Positions 47,646 through 60,900 of a DNA stretch of 64,000 nt are shown here, piece by piece; position 1 is the stretch's first letter; every line of letters starts with the position of its first letter. The DNA is from Vicugna vicugna (Eukaryota). The stretch covers positions 4,375,741 through 4,439,740 of the forward strand of contig MU058636.1 of NCBI GenBank assembly GCA_013265495.1. Reading direction: 5' to 3'. The translations under genes were made by a program, and so were the position numbers. The notes beneath the pieces are model-generated. The model did not search any database, had not been told where the DNA came from, and saw only the letters and a list, made by a program, of their open reading frames with translations.

Positions 47646-48787
47646 CAGGACTTGCTCAGAGTGAGGCCCGAAGCCGCCCGGCGCGCAGCCTGCCCGGCTC
47701 CCTGGGGCCGCCCGGCTGGTTGTTGTTGTTGCTGTTGTTAATCCACAGGCAAAGCGTTCTGAGTTCGAAACACTAGACCTATCTATAGACTCTGACTGTG
47801 ACCTTGTCTCAAGTTGGAACTGTAAATGACTGGAAAAGTAGAAAAACAAATGTTAGAGATGTTCAGGGTGGGGGAGACGTGAGCTGGCGCCATCAGGAAT
47901 GTTCTCAAAGATTTGGTGCTTGAATCATGGGCAGGAGGAAGAGGTCTTCATGTTCAAGAGAATGTTTTGTGCTCACTCGAGTAAAGGTTTCAAAGGGGTT
48001 CAGTGCCAAGCTTGAAAAAAAAAAAAGCCTTCTTGCCATTTTGCCTGGAAGAAAAACCAGGAGCCAGCCAGCCTCTTAGCATTACAAGTTGCAGACAGGG
48101 CTGTTGGGAGGAGAGTGGGGGCCCGGGGGCCCCTCAGTTCTGAGTCTCTTTATTTAATGATGCTGTCAACTGAGGAGACCCCTCTGGTCCTCACTGCGGC
48201 CCCCCTCAGTGGCTGTAGAGGCTTGTTCTGCCACTGTGACAGCTGTGGGCGAGAACAGGGAACCCCGGTCCCCCGGGAGGAGGCAGGGCGGTCGGCCGGC
48301 TCCCTGAATAGCCCTGGAAGAACTGCTTTCCCAGCCTCAAAACAGGACTCCACCCTCAGAATAAAGCCGACTTGATAGCAGCCTAACTAAGTAGCCCCAT
48401 GGGGTTTCTGGGAGCTGAAAACCACAGCAGAACTTCCTCCTGACTGGGCATGACGCTCAGACAGGAAAAAGAGGTCATTTTAGACTACAAACTTTGACCT
48501 TGTGAATAGAAGGAGAATGATATAAATAAAGACCAATAATGTGATGAAGCAAGCGAAAAAAGGATAGGATTGAAACCACTGGATCCTAAGATCGGACCCA
48601 ATTTTTAAAATACCCTGCAGACTCATGCTGGAGAGTTTGAATCTTAACTCAGCTATCATCTCTTTATTTTGTATGTGATGCGAATGATTCGGAGCAGCTT
48701 AATATCATCTGCTCTTTCGGCATCTGTTATTTATTACCTTTTGCTTTGCACAGATGGTGCAGAATGCCCTACGCAGTCTGCTCTGAG

Positions 48788-49228
48788 TGTATGAGTTTCC
48801 TATGGCTGCTGTGACAAATAGCTACAAATTTAGTGGCTTAAAGCAACACAGATCTATTCTCTTTTATTTCTGGAGACCAGAAGTAAAATGGGTCAGCAGG
48901 GCTGCCTTCCTTTTGGAGACTGCAGGAGAAAATCCTTTCCTGGCCGTTTCCGGCTTCTCGAGGCTGCCTGCATTTCCAGGCTCATGGTCCTGCCCACTCG
49001 GACCTCTGCTTCCATAGTCCCCGTCTCCCCACTCTGACTCCGGTCCTCCTTCTCCCTCTTAGGAGGACCCTTGTGATTACACGTAGGGCTGACCCAGATC
49101 ATCTCCCCATCTTAGGATCTTTAACTTAATCCCATCTGCAAAGTCCATTTTGCCTTGCAAGGGGCCATATTCACAGGTTCCTGGGGGAAGGGGGTTTGCA
49201 TTTGAGGGTCCATTTTTCAGCTACCACA
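48788..49228 (-). mobile_element. MaLR MLT1 (C/D-like) solo LTR
   Basis: tgtatgagtttcctatggctgctgtgacaaa...cttaatcccatctgcaaagtcc...ctaccaca; 5-bp TSD CTGAG/CTGAA (48783-48787, 49229-49233). Confidence 0.9.
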
Positions 49229-50255
49229 CTGAAGCTGAGAATGCTAGACAGACAATCTAGACTGAAATCAATCAGTGGAGAAAATGGTGAAATGTTGGCA
49301 GCAGAAGGTTATGCAAGGTCAGTTTGGTCCTGTACAGAATTCTATATAGTTTAATACATTTTATATGTGAAAAATAAAAATGTATTCAAGTATTATGTTC
49401 AGAAAGAGGGAGTTTCTCCCTTCACCTTCTGTAGGAATTTTAATACATGGTCCAGAGCATCTGCATCACTCATTCTTCAGCATTTGACCTGTTAGCCTGG
49501 ATAACTGAGGGCCTGCCACCCACTGGGTGCTGCTGTAAACTGCAGGCAAACCCCGTTCAAGTCGACTCATTTCCTGTCCGTTACAGGGTGTCTTTGCTTT
49601 AGGTTTAGCATATACATTGGGTGTCAGTCCCAGCCCAGAGCAGTAACATGAACTTGCAGCCTAGCAGAGCACTTCCTCGGAAATACAGCCGTATTTTTCT
49701 GGCTTCCTCTTGTGGCTAGTAAGAAGTAGCAGGAGGAAAGTTCTGGGTAGAGAGCTGCCCTGGAGTGGGGGCCGGGCGAGCAGGTGGCCCTCTTGCTGTG
49801 GAGGAGGTCATCCGGGGTTCGTGGGTGACAGTACCGTGTACTGACAGTGCCTGAGGGAGCTGCCTGCGGAGGGGAGGTTGGAGCACAAGTCTCAAGGCAG
49901 ATGGAAGAACTCACTGTAGAAGCTTCTCATCCTGGGGTGTGAAGCCGCGGGCTTAGGGGTGGGGCACCTGCTCAAGGTGGAAGTTGAAAGGTTGGGAATC
50001 ACTTAATTGTAGGCAGTGCAGGTCCCTTAGAGGCTGCTGGGGGCCCACGCTCTCCTCCCGCTGGGAGTGCGTGTGCCTGGCCGGGGCCCCTGGACTGACC
50101 TCCGCATCCCTACCTCTGTGCAACGACGTGCGCGGTGGAGAGAGCTGAGCTGCCACGGCCTCCTCTCTCAGTGGACGCTGGAAAACCACTTGCGTGTGGT
50201 GTCACATGCTCCCTGATGCATAAAGGGGGTTTGCTGATGCCTAATGAAAATTCAT

Positions 50256-50450
50256 ATTTATTGAGTATTTACTCATGTGCCAGATGCTACTGTTAGCTCT
50301 TTACAGAGTTACACCATTTAATCCTCAGAACTATAGATTAAAGGTGCTCCTCTTCTTTTACAGAAAATGGGCCCAGCATGGTTAAGTAACTCACCCAAAG
50401 CCACACAGCTAGTGAGTGGCAAATTTGCCATTAAATCCTGGCAGCCCATG
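50256..50450 (-). mobile_element. MIR SINE
   Basis: atttattgagtatttactcatgtgccag...tttaatcctca...ggttaagtaactcacccaaagccacacagctagtgagtggc. Confidence 0.85.
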
Positions 50451-50525
50451 CTCTGTCTTCTGCTGCTCCCTATGGAGATGAGATGCTGAATGCTCTGGAC
50501 TGAAGATCTTAAAGAAACTTGAGTG

Positions 50526-50880
50526 ATAATGCAGACACTTATGAGGGCTTTACATATATTAATTCATTTAATCCTCAGAAATCCCTCCCAGGTAGGTCCT
50601 GTTAGTATTCATGGAGGAGGGGGAGGGTATAGCTCAGTAGTAGAGTGCATGCTTATCATGCACGAGGTCCTGGGTTCAATCCCCAGTACCTCCATTAAAA
50701 ATAGATAGATAGATAGGTAGATAGATAGATAGATAAACCCAATTATCTCCTCCACCAAAAAAATTAGAAAATGCCATATCTATTATTGATAGAGAAATGA
50801 AAGCATGGGAGGGGTTACGTAGCTTATCCAAACTCACACAGAGAGTAAGTAGCACAATTTGCAGCCAGGCAGTCTACCTC
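50526..50880 (-). mobile_element. MIR SINE split by a Vic-1 insertion
   Basis: gctttacatatattaattcatttaatcctca... resumes gatagagaaatgaaagc...cacacagagagtaagt. Confidence 0.7.
50619..50770 (+). mobile_element. Vic-1-type SINE with an internal (GATA)n tract
   Basis: ggggagggtatagctcagtagtagag...gaggtcctgggttcaatccccagtacctcc; linker replaced by a GATA repeat at 50701-50735. Confidence 0.9.
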
Positions 50881-51734
50881 TGTTGCTCTAAAAAGAAAAT
50901 ATGTTGTCATTGAGATACAAAGATAACACCTAGTTTATAGATGATGGAACTAAAATGATGGGATTTATATTAAGATTGCAGAAGGCACTGTCATTGGTAC
51001 AATACAGAAATGAATCCAAGATAAAGTCTCTCTCCTTTCCCCAGGGAGTTTGTAGCCCAAGATAAGTGGCTTAGATGCAGCCAATTATAAACTCAATGAC
51101 TTTGGGGACTCAGAAGACACTGTGACGAGAGGAAAGGGGGTTCTGGGTCCTGGCTTGCCTTCTAAAGAGATAGGACGATGCCACACAGCATCTTACAGCC
51201 TCGCCTCTTCGAATTTCATCTGTTACCTGAGTGTGTAATAGTGCCTCTCTGTTCAGTACGCGTGGTCATACAACTTCCCACAAGAAACAGAAGTAGAAGG
51301 AAAGGCTGAAGGTGACCAGCGTGTTGGCTTAAACTGTGAATGAGGCAGAGTAGTCGGCATGAGGAGGGAAGTGTCCCAGGTGCAGGGACCAGTGAATAAC
51401 AATGCAGGGAGGCAGGCAGGAGGTGACCAGCCTGAATAGAGGGGCTGGACCAGCAAAGCAGTGAAGTGAAGGATGTGAAATAAATTTTGGATGGACAGTG
51501 ATAGTAAGTTCCTTAGAGGTCCTTAACAAAGGGAGTAAGAAATCATTGCCTGGAGAAAGGTAACTTAGTATAATGAAGGTTCTCTACAACCCTGACTTTG
51601 GAGTTTGTGTTTTTGCTTAGAAGAGTCTCATACTTAATTCAACTCTATAACGAGTGGATTGTGGTGAGATTTGGTTGTATTTTTAATATATGGTGACCTG
51701 ACACCAGACTGGTGGGCCAGAAAGGTATTCATCT

Positions 51735-52085
51735 CAGAGGTTTCCTTCTGATGCTGATGCTGTAACAAAGAACCACAAACTTAGTGGCTTAAAGCAACCC
51801 AAATTTGTTTTCATACAGTTCTGTACATCAGAAGTCCAAGATGCTTCTCAGTGAGCCAAGACCAAGGGTATAACTCCCTTCCGGAGACTCCAGGGGAGAA
51901 ACTCTCTTCTCGCCTCTTCCACCTTCTCGAGGCTGCCTGCTTTCCTTGGCTCGTGGCCCCTTCTTCCATCCTTAGAGGCAAGAAGAGTCCTTCTTAGACC
52001 CCCATCTCCCCCTCCTTCATAATCACATCTCTCTCTTCCTTTCTCTTTTGATACTGGATTCTGAATGTCTTGGGATTATGGCCTT
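51735..52085 (-). mobile_element. MaLR MLT1 LTR (partial)
   Basis: gctgtaacaaagaaccacaaacttagtggcttaaagcaac...cttctcgaggctgcctgc...ttggctcgtggcccc; similar to the 48788 copy. Confidence 0.8.
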
Positions 52086-53613
52086 CTGTTTTAAAATTAT
52101 GTTGCCCGAGGTGTGGCTGCATTTCAGCTAGAGTTATGAGTGAGGAAATAGTGATGAAGGTGACAAGGGAGAGTTGGAAAGTCAAAAGCGTAGGCAGGTG
52201 TGAGCAAAAGAGGAAGGAAAGAGGATGGGGCCCCAAGAAGTATGTCCCTGTGCGTCTGAACTTTTAGTGTTAGTACAAATTGTGCTTGCCGAATGAATGA
52301 AGTTCACATGCTGCTATAAGACATACATTGTTTTTATTATTCCGAGGAAGTAACTCGTGATACAGTTATAATGTTGAACAGATGTTTATTAACCTAGATA
52401 GTGTTGACAGCATAGTATTACCAGGACTTTTCAGAAAAATAAGAATTGTGTTTGACTTGCAGAAATTATAATTTCAATATTTACTTCTCATCTATCTATT
52501 GCATTCTACATTACAACCCTAGGAGAATATAAAAACTGACCTGTATCAAACAGAAACCTGACTCTGGCAGAAGAACAGGTTTCCATAAAAATCAAGCACA
52601 AGGGACAAAAAGAAGAGGTAGGCAGATTTTATTACATCTATTTTTGTCCATTTCCTCAGTTTTTCCTGATTTATTTTAAAACCCTGGTCACATGGGGCCA
52701 GAACCGCTATTTATTATTAAATAAACATATCCGTTAGACCTGAATCCATATAAGGAGAATATTGCAAATCTTGGTTCCAGTGGTACTTTAAAGGCTTAAC
52801 ATTCTGGGTTAGTTTAGTAGCCTTAGGCTGTTTTTTTTTGTTTTTTTGTCCTCCATGATCTGCACTCAAATATAATTGCCAGCCCTTTTCTACTTTTCTC
52901 ACTTCCTCTATCCCATTAAAGCTTGAAAGGCTGCCTTTCTTACAGAACATTATTCTCACCCCTCCTTTCTTCTTCTTTATTTCGTTCTTGCCTTTCTACC
53001 TTAGCCATATGTTAGTCTCTTACTTCCTCTAATGAATAACTCCTTTCAGTTCAATGGATAAGAGAAACCAAGCAAAACTTCACCCTTGAAGTAATTTATT
53101 AGGCTAATTTTTACACTGTCTCTTTAAAATCCCATAATTGCTTTTTCATCAGGCACATTAGTTAAATTCTAAGCACTAGCAAGCAGAATCAAAGGCCTGG
53201 AGCTGTATGCTTTGTCAGCACAAAGTATTGCTGTTGCCCCTAGTTTTGCACATTCTGGTAAAAAGCGTTGATATTTCCTTTGTTTCTGCCTCAATCATCA
53301 AGTGATATAAGGCTAAAAAATCACAGGAAGATGACTGGAACTTGGCTAGTAGTTAAAGAAGGCAAGTCTGCTCAGAACCACAAAGATCTCCAGACTGTGT
53401 TTGAATTGTACGTACTACAGACAGGTCTCAACCCATTTGATGAGACTGAAGTGCTGTGTCAAGCATTCTGGGTCTGTGATCAGTTAGTAATGTCTGCACG
53501 GGTTCAGAATATGAGAGTAGAAAAAAAATATATATGTATATATATATTCGCCACGGATTTAACTCTTAAAATCTAAATGAAGGGTACATAACAGCTTTTT
53601 TTTTTCTTTTAAA

Positions 53614-53800
53614 GGCAGCATGACTTAGTGGGAAGAACTTGGGTGGGTTCTAGAATCAAGTCCATTTAGGTCCAAATCTCTCTTGTCCTTTTGTCTAGTT
53701 TTATGACCCTGGGAAAGCCAGTTAACACTTCTTCAGTCTGTGAAATGGGACTGGTAATGGCTGTGTTACCTGGTTGTTGGAATCATCAATCAGGATACTA
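53614..53800 (+). mobile_element. MIR SINE
   Basis: ggcagcatgacttagtgggaagaac...tgaccctgggaaagccagttaac...tctgtgaaatggg. Confidence 0.7.
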
Positions 53801-55091
53801 CATGTCAAGCCCCTGGGCCCTCGTATCCCCATGGTTATTTCCTGTGCTGTCTTCCCGCATTGTCACCCACCATTCTTCCCAAAGTCCTCACCAGGCCATT
53901 TGCCTCTGGTGGGAGGGAGGGATTTCCCAACTAACCAGTCACGTTACACTCCTCCCAACTCAAGTGAGACCAAGCCGAGTCCTTCCTTGGGGAATTTGCA
54001 GACTTAAGCTGGGGAAGGAGAGAGGTTTTCTCTCCATTGGCTTGTGTCCCCAGAGTGGGGATTCTCGTCCCCATGACAAAGCCATCTACACTGGAGACAC
54101 TGAGCTCACACGCAGCACCTGAGTGTTTAGTTCCAGTGACTGAGCCCCTGGACCCTCTCCTCCCAAAGCCTGGGTGTTTGGTCATCTTTCCCTTTGATTC
54201 ATTAAGCTCCACCCCCAACTTCCACTCCAAACACCACAGGCTTCTAATCCTATTTAACTTTAAATTAGATCTGGACTCAAAACAGTTCTGACTGATATTC
54301 TAATTATTATTGTGCCTATTTCTTAAGAAGTTTGATTTCTACAGGTTACACTTTATTTCATCATTGCTCCTCTCTTGACATTTTCCCCATTTTTGTTGTA
54401 CAAGGAGGCCTTAAAATCCAAAGTGGCTTTTAAAGGCTTTGCTTATAAGCATGTTGTGTTAAGTAACTGAGCTATACATATTTATTGTTATTTACATATT
54501 GGGAAAATTGGTTTCTTGCAGTGGCATAAGGAGATAGCATTTATATCCTACAGTGGGCAGTACTGAGGAGTCTGTCAGAGGTTTGGTACTATATGGTGCA
54601 AATAAAGCCCCAGTCATTGTTTTAGAACCTGCTCGGGCAAGTCAGCTGCCCGCAAAGAAAGCTTGGCTCCACCTCACAGCTCTGATCACAGAGGGGCCTG
54701 GGTAGCCCTGGGCGGACCCCAGCATCATCCTGGTGGGAACTGGGCGCGGAGCGCCTGCCATTCTTAGCCTATGGCATTTCATCCCTGTCACACCCCGCTT
54801 GCCCCACTCCAGTGTCTGACCATGGTTGGTCTTCCAGAAATGTTGATTTGATTGATTACACAAGCAGAGAGAAAACACATTAAACTAATGTATCTCTTCC
54901 CTAAATCTCACCCCAACCATTTCGCCTCCCTGTCTTCAGGCTTTTTCTGTCTGAATGCACCTTTCTACACTCAAAAATCCTCTTCTCAGCTCTTTTAAGA
55001 AGAAATTTCATTTCCAGTGAAAATTCTAAATTCAGGAGAATGATTTTTCCATAAGTTACGTAGAAAAATCAGACCCACTGCTTTCAACTTA

Positions 55092-55092
<1 letters not shown>

Positions 55093-55124
<32 letters not shown>
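55093..55124. repeat. (CA)16 microsatellite
   Basis: Counted directly. Confidence 0.97.
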
Positions 55125-55127
<3 letters not shown>

Positions 55128-55789
55128 TGCCCTTGCCCTTAAGAAATTCCATATATTATTTTAGAAACTTATACACATGAAAGAGTTGGAAAATCACAAA
55201 TTCACAAACTCTCATAATCAGGAAAAAGAGGCAGCCAGGGAGAGTCCTTTCAGTTTTCCATTTTTCCCATCAAACTACTAAGCACGAATAGAGCAAACAC
55301 TTGCTCATTAATTTGTGCCTTAGCGAAAAGCCTATATAATCCTTGCAGTCTATTACCCCAATTCAGCTTTTCATTGATTTTTAGTTGTTTCACCTTGGTT
55401 GGGCATTTATATCTTATTGGTTATAAACTCTTCATGAACCAGATTTGAATGATGTTTTCATAATCATCTTTTGGTTCCTATGTATACATTAGGTACTTAG
55501 TTGATAACTGAATAGGGAATTATGGTGAAAATAATGTCTTTCAGAAGCTGATAGTCTAGTGGGAAACACAGGATCAACTCAATGATGACTATAATTTCCC
55601 AAGAGCATTCAAATAAATAATTTAACAAGCATTCACTTTAAAGCTGAACTAGGGCTGCATTATGCAGTGTGGCCGAAATTGCTGTGCCCCAAAGCACACG
55701 GAGAACTATGTAATATGTAGAACCAGCCGAGCAGGCAAGTAGAATGTTCTGGACAGTCAGGTGTTCTGGGTAATACAGTTTCAGAATTT

Positions 55790-55935
55790 GGGGAGCTGGA
55801 AGAGTCTTTAATCCAAGCCCTTCACTTTGCAGCTGGGAAAACCGTAGCGCAGAGAGGTGGCGTTCTCCGGAGCACACAGTTAACTAGCAGAGAGCTCTGT
55901 CTCGAATCCTCAAATCCCTGAGTGCTGCTTTTTCG
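55790..55935 (-). mobile_element. MIR SINE
   Basis: tccaagcccttcactttgcagctgggaaaacc...cagagaggt...cacacagttaactagcagagagc. Confidence 0.6.
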
Positions 55936-56054
55936 AACAAGTAGGATTAAATAAAATAAACCTATTATGAAACTTGTTGCAGAATTTGTCTTCTTGATGC
56001 TGCAGAGCTAAGCCATGGTGGGAGAAAACAAACAAACAAACAAACAAAAAACAA

Positions 56055-56250
56055 CAGAGTCAGAAAGTCCTCTCCTAATGATTGTGTGACCCCCAGGTGT
56101 GTCATTCAGCCTCTCTGAGCCTCAGTTTTCTGCTCTGTTGGGTGAGAGTGACAGCCAGCTGCCTCGGAGCAGACTTCAGCATCCAGCAAAACAGCTGTCT
56201 GAAGATACCTTGTTAATTGTAAAGCGTCATGTAAATGTGAGGCATTATGA
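56055..56250 (+). mobile_element. MIR SINE preceded by an (AAAC)n tract at 56026-56053
   Basis: tgtgtgacc...cctctctgagcctcagttttc...taattgtaaagcgtcatgtaaatgtgag. Confidence 0.7.
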
Positions 56251-57539
56251 TTTTTGCTGTTGGGATCTTGTATCACCTCAAGACCCTTGTTATGAGCTTC
56301 CGTCACATGGGGTTTCTGGGACTAGAGAATGCCAGTTGAGGGAATGCAGGCCACACTGGATTTTACTCTGTCCGTACGTACTCACCCAGTGATGTGACTT
56401 GAAAGCATTATTAAAAATAAAGGCTGTTTTTAAATTAAGCTTTCAAAAGGAGTGTGATTATTTTTAGTGCTCTCCATCTAGAGCCATAAAGGAAAACATT
56501 GCTCTGATTAATGTCCTAGCCAGGTGTCGCTCTTTTCTATTATTTCCTCTAAGAACAGGCCTGTTAGCTAACTTTTATTTGTCTGTTTCACACTGAATTT
56601 TTACCTCTTTCTTCTGTTCCTGCCCAAATTTGAGGCAGTGCTGCGTGGAGGTCAGTGAAGGTAAATGGGAATTTTGTTCTCCTCTCTCATCACTGAAAAC
56701 TTGTGAATAGCTGTTTTAACAAGTGCTAGGTCAGGCCGTTGGGAGTGTAGCTGCAGTGGGGGGTTTACATCGTCACCAAAACAATAACAACTCATGACTG
56801 GGCTACGTCAGAGGAGAGGGCGCTGAGTAGCCCGCATCTCTTCCTGTATTCAGAAGACAGAAGGGAGCTACCACCAGCCACTCAATTCAGTGCCTCCACA
56901 AAAGGAAATCTCCCCGGCTCTGAATGTGGAGATTGTCCAACACATAAAGACAATTGTCTGAATAAAACTAGAACAAGAATTCTTGGGTGGGACACACAAG
57001 TCCCTTTTCCATCACTAAGATTCGCTTGCAAGTCTCCACAAAGTTGATCCTGTTGTTCTGTAGTAAAATGGGGAGAACGCACCATTTGAATCATGGAAAC
57101 CCAGAAATAATCACCAGAAACATTATTTTAGCCAGTGGCTTCAAATTTCTTTTCAGAAAAAAAAAATGGTTTCTACTTAAGGGCAGCCATTAATTGATTT
57201 TAATTTTACCTCCTTTTCTGCATTGAATACTCTTGATTTTGAATAGAGCAAAATAAAGCAGGAGAGGAAGAGAAAGGCAGTAAATATTGATAAAGCCTGT
57301 TTTTGATGAAAATGTTACAATGTGTGTTTATAAGATTAGAGATATTTAAGTACGTTTTTACGTGGCTTGGTTATAGAAATAAGAAAAGATACGAGCTATA
57401 AATAGTGAAAAGATGCTTCGCATAACTTAGGAAAGAGGTATGTTTACAAAGTACTGTAAGATATTCAGTGTCTGAGTATAATTTCAGGTGTTCTGTTTTT
57501 GTGCAGACACCCTCCTGCATTCAGTCTAGCTATGCTGTG

Positions 57540-59470
57540 AGATTCCCTGGTCATCTTTGTCTTCATGTCTTGCTAAGACACCTGGTGGTAGCTAATGTGT
57601 TGACCTGCCCACGTTCTCCCCCTGTCCTCTGGACAGAACCCTCTCCCAATTTCCTCATATGTCACTGGCTGCTCCTTTTCCATCTTCTTTGCCAGTTTCT
57701 CCTCCTTTGCCCAGCCACTGATGCCGAGTGTCCCAAGACCCTGGGTCCCCAGCCTCCTTCTTTTCATTATGTGAAGTCATCTCCTCCAATCCCGTCTGCT
57801 GATAGCACCGCAAATCTCTGGTCCAAACAGCTCCCCAAACTCATATTCTAAACGCCTTTAAGGCAGGAAAATGGATGTGGGGCGTGAGAAGGGCCATGTG
57901 CCAGGCTTTGGTTGAGCCCCTGGGACGTGCCCCGCCAAGTGTGGGTCCTTGGCTTCGTGCAGGAAAGAATTCAAGAGCGAGCCACAGTTGAGTGAAGGTA
58001 GATTTATTCAGAGAGATACGTTGAAAGGCAAGAGAAAGGCCACGAGGTGTGGATGTAGGTGCTCAGATTAAAAGTAGGTACACATTCCATAGACAGAATG
58101 TGGGCCGTCTCAGAAGAGGGAGAGAGAGGGGTGGCCGAGAGGCGCCCTGTTGCTGATTTTTATGGGCTTGGTGGCTTCATATGGTAAGTGGAAGGACCAG
58201 TCTAAGTAGCCTGGGGAAGGGGCTGGGATTCCCAGGAAGTTGGCCATTTCCCACCCTTGGACCTTTTGTGGCTAGCCTGGGGACTGTCATGGTGCTGTGG
58301 GCGTGTTATTCACCATGTTAATATATTACAATGAGCATATAATGAAGCTCAAGATCTACTAGAAGTTAAATCTCCCACCTTCTTGAGCCTCAAGGCCTGG
58401 GGGGTGGGGGTTGAATCTTTCACCGTTTTGATGTTAACTGCTGTGGCATTCCTTGAATGGCTGTGCCCTGCCCCTTCCATCCTGTCTCACCTTCACTTGG
58501 AGGTCTCGGAGGCATTTCATACTTAGCATGGCCAAGACAGAAGTTAATTTTCTATCCCATACCTGTTCCTCCCCCACTTTCTGCATTTCAGTAGATAACA
58601 CCGTCACCCAACATCAAGACAAAAAGTCCAGGGCTCATCCTTGATTATTTTCTTACCTTCACCCTCCGCAGTCTGTCCTGTCAGCCCTGCCTCCAAAACA
58701 GCTCCCAGGCCACCTCCTTCTTTCCGTTTCCACTACCCACATCCCAGTCCAAGTCACCATCGTTTCCGACCCTCGCCTGTTGTACCAGCTGCCGTGTCGT
58801 CTCCCTGATTCCATTCCTCAATCCCTGCAGTCTCTCCGCTACACAGCAGCCACGGTCACCTTTTAGAAACTATATCACACCCCGCTTCCCAGTGGCACCC
58901 CATCCCTGCTGCCGCAGCATCCAGACCCTGCCCTGGTTTACCAAGCCCCCGCACCCTCTGGACCCTGGGCCCTGAGGGACCCTGAGGGGCCCCGCCTCGG
59001 GCTCCAGCATTGTTTTATATCACTCTTCCTTTTTTCACACCCCAACTCTACTGTTTGCTTTTTGTTCTCTAACACATGGGATAGTTCCTACCGCAGAGCT
59101 TTTTCTGTGCTCTTTCTGGCCTCAAAGCTCTTACCTCTCATCTCGGAGTGTTTGGATCCTTCTTAACGTTCACATCTCAGCCTAACTCCCCTCCTCGGAG
59201 ATGCCTCCCACGACGCCCCTACACTCGTCGCCCTCTGTCACGTCACTCCGCTTGAATTTTCTACTGTGTATTTGTTACTAGCTGACATCATCTTGCTTCT
59301 CTATTTATTAAGTTTTACTTTTTGGCCCTCAAATGGCATATACATCTATACCTATGAGAGCTCTGAGGGCGGGAGCCTTGAAGATCTTATTTGCCATAAA
59401 AGCTCGGTGCTTGTAACAGTCCATGTAGTACGTGCTCAAGAGACGTATTTTGAACAAATACATGAACAAA
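57540..59470 (+). mobile_element. L2a LINE (long 3' portion) interrupted by an ERV LTR
   Basis: Decayed GVPQGSVLGPLLF-region DNA (~57725), cacttggaggtctc...cttagcatggccaagacagaa, ctagtccaag-like motif, 3' end ...gtacgtgctcaa...ttgaacaaat. Confidence 0.8.
57859..58489 (-). mobile_element. ERV1-type solo LTR (631 bp)
   Basis: Termini TAAGGCAGG...CCTGTCTCA (imperfect inverted repeat); exact 4-bp TSD CCTT (57855-57858, 58490-58493); gaaagaattcaagagcgagcc and a minus-strand AATAAA near 58002; the host L2 rejoins when it is removed. Confidence 0.88.
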
Positions 59471-60639
59471 TTCAAGCAACAGGGAAATCTGTTAAGGGGG
59501 AAATTGATGACATTTTCTGTTTTATTTCATAGTGAGGTCTTGGCTGATCTAGCTAAATTCCTAAGGAGTAATCAGAAAAAAAAATCAAACTTCCTCTTAC
59601 TTGGCTGATTCAGTTCATTGAAACCTCTTCTGTGTTTGTGACCAAGGCAGCCGTAAAGAAGAAACAGGATGGCGCTGTACGTCCAATAGATTTCTGGTTA
59701 GATGCACAGAAGGAGGTTGTGCGCTGGGAGACAGGGTCCTTACAACCAGTGATGTCTGGATTCTCATTTGTCTAATGAAATTACGGCCGTAAACTTCAAG
59801 TAGCTGGCAGAAACTCTGTAGTACTAAGAAGTACTCTCGTGGAGGCCCCAGTTCTTTCCTCAGTCTTTCCTCCTTTTTCCTGCTACGAAATGAAATGAAA
59901 AGTACAGCAGGCGTGGTACTGGGACGTTCTTGGTCAGAATTAGCCAGATCACAGGTTCTCACCTGTGGGGGGTGGGGGGCGCTCAAGCGCCCATGTGAAC
60001 CTGAGTCTGCCTGACTCTCAGCTAAGCAGGAGATTTGAGTCCAAGCGCGTTGACCAATTTAGAGATCGGGGAGTAAGGAACTTTCTATTTATTTGCCACG
60101 GAAGCACTATTTATGGCGTTCTAATCATGGGGCACTCGTCGGTCTGTAATTATAGAGTTTTGCATGAGAAAAGTATAGAACTCTTCTTGTTTGATTTATC
60201 CTTTAATTTATACTGGGATTTAGTATTGAAAATAGTGTTACTTATTATCGGAAATAGTTTTGTTAGACCTGTAGCCAGTCCCCCATTCCTCTTTTCTCAT
60301 TTCACAATTGTAGAATGCTACTGGTGTCATTTTCCTCTGTTTTGAGCCCCACCCTTCCTGTTGCTAAGCAGATGAACTGGATTGCATAAACTGTCAATTA
60401 CTCAGCTGTGACAATGAAATAGGCCAGCAACAGCCAGAAATGAGGACAGCTACTCCTAGCACTTGGATTTAGGGTAGATGATGAAGAGAGAGTGAAAAGG
60501 CAGTAGGTGAAGTTAGTGTAAGTAAAAGTTTGATTTATAGTTACCAACTGGGACAATTTGGAAACAAGACAAAAAGTTCCTCTTTCCCGAACTTTATGTA
60601 GATTTTCAGAAAGACCTGAGCAAGCTCATTCTCCTTTCA

Positions 60640-60900
60640 GAATATTTATTGAAGTGAGTTTTTCCCCCCATGGTAAATGTAATTTCCTATCATGACCAAA
60701 AGAAAAAGAAAAGAAGAAAGGATATTATTAGAAGGAAAAAAAGGTAACATAATTCTACTACTTTAATACAAACCCTATTAGCATTTGGGTACATTTCCTT
60801 CAGAGATTTGTTCTCATTATATTAGAGCAGACTGATTGATTTGTTTGTGTATTTATTTGTTTGTGCCTAGTTATAATTTATATACTTTAATCCTTAGTTT
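60640..60900 (-). mobile_element. Very old L1 (L1ME-like) remnant
   Basis: cataattctactact...ctattagcatttgggtacatttccttc. Confidence 0.4.

Noticed and set aside
49775..49792. CTCF-like sequence CGAGCAGGTGGCCC (weaker ones near 55850 and 56815)
   Set aside because: Mismatches at key core positions
8090..50770. Inverted SINE pairs forming dsRNA or editing substrates
   Set aside because: All three Vic-1 copies are on the + strand and far apart
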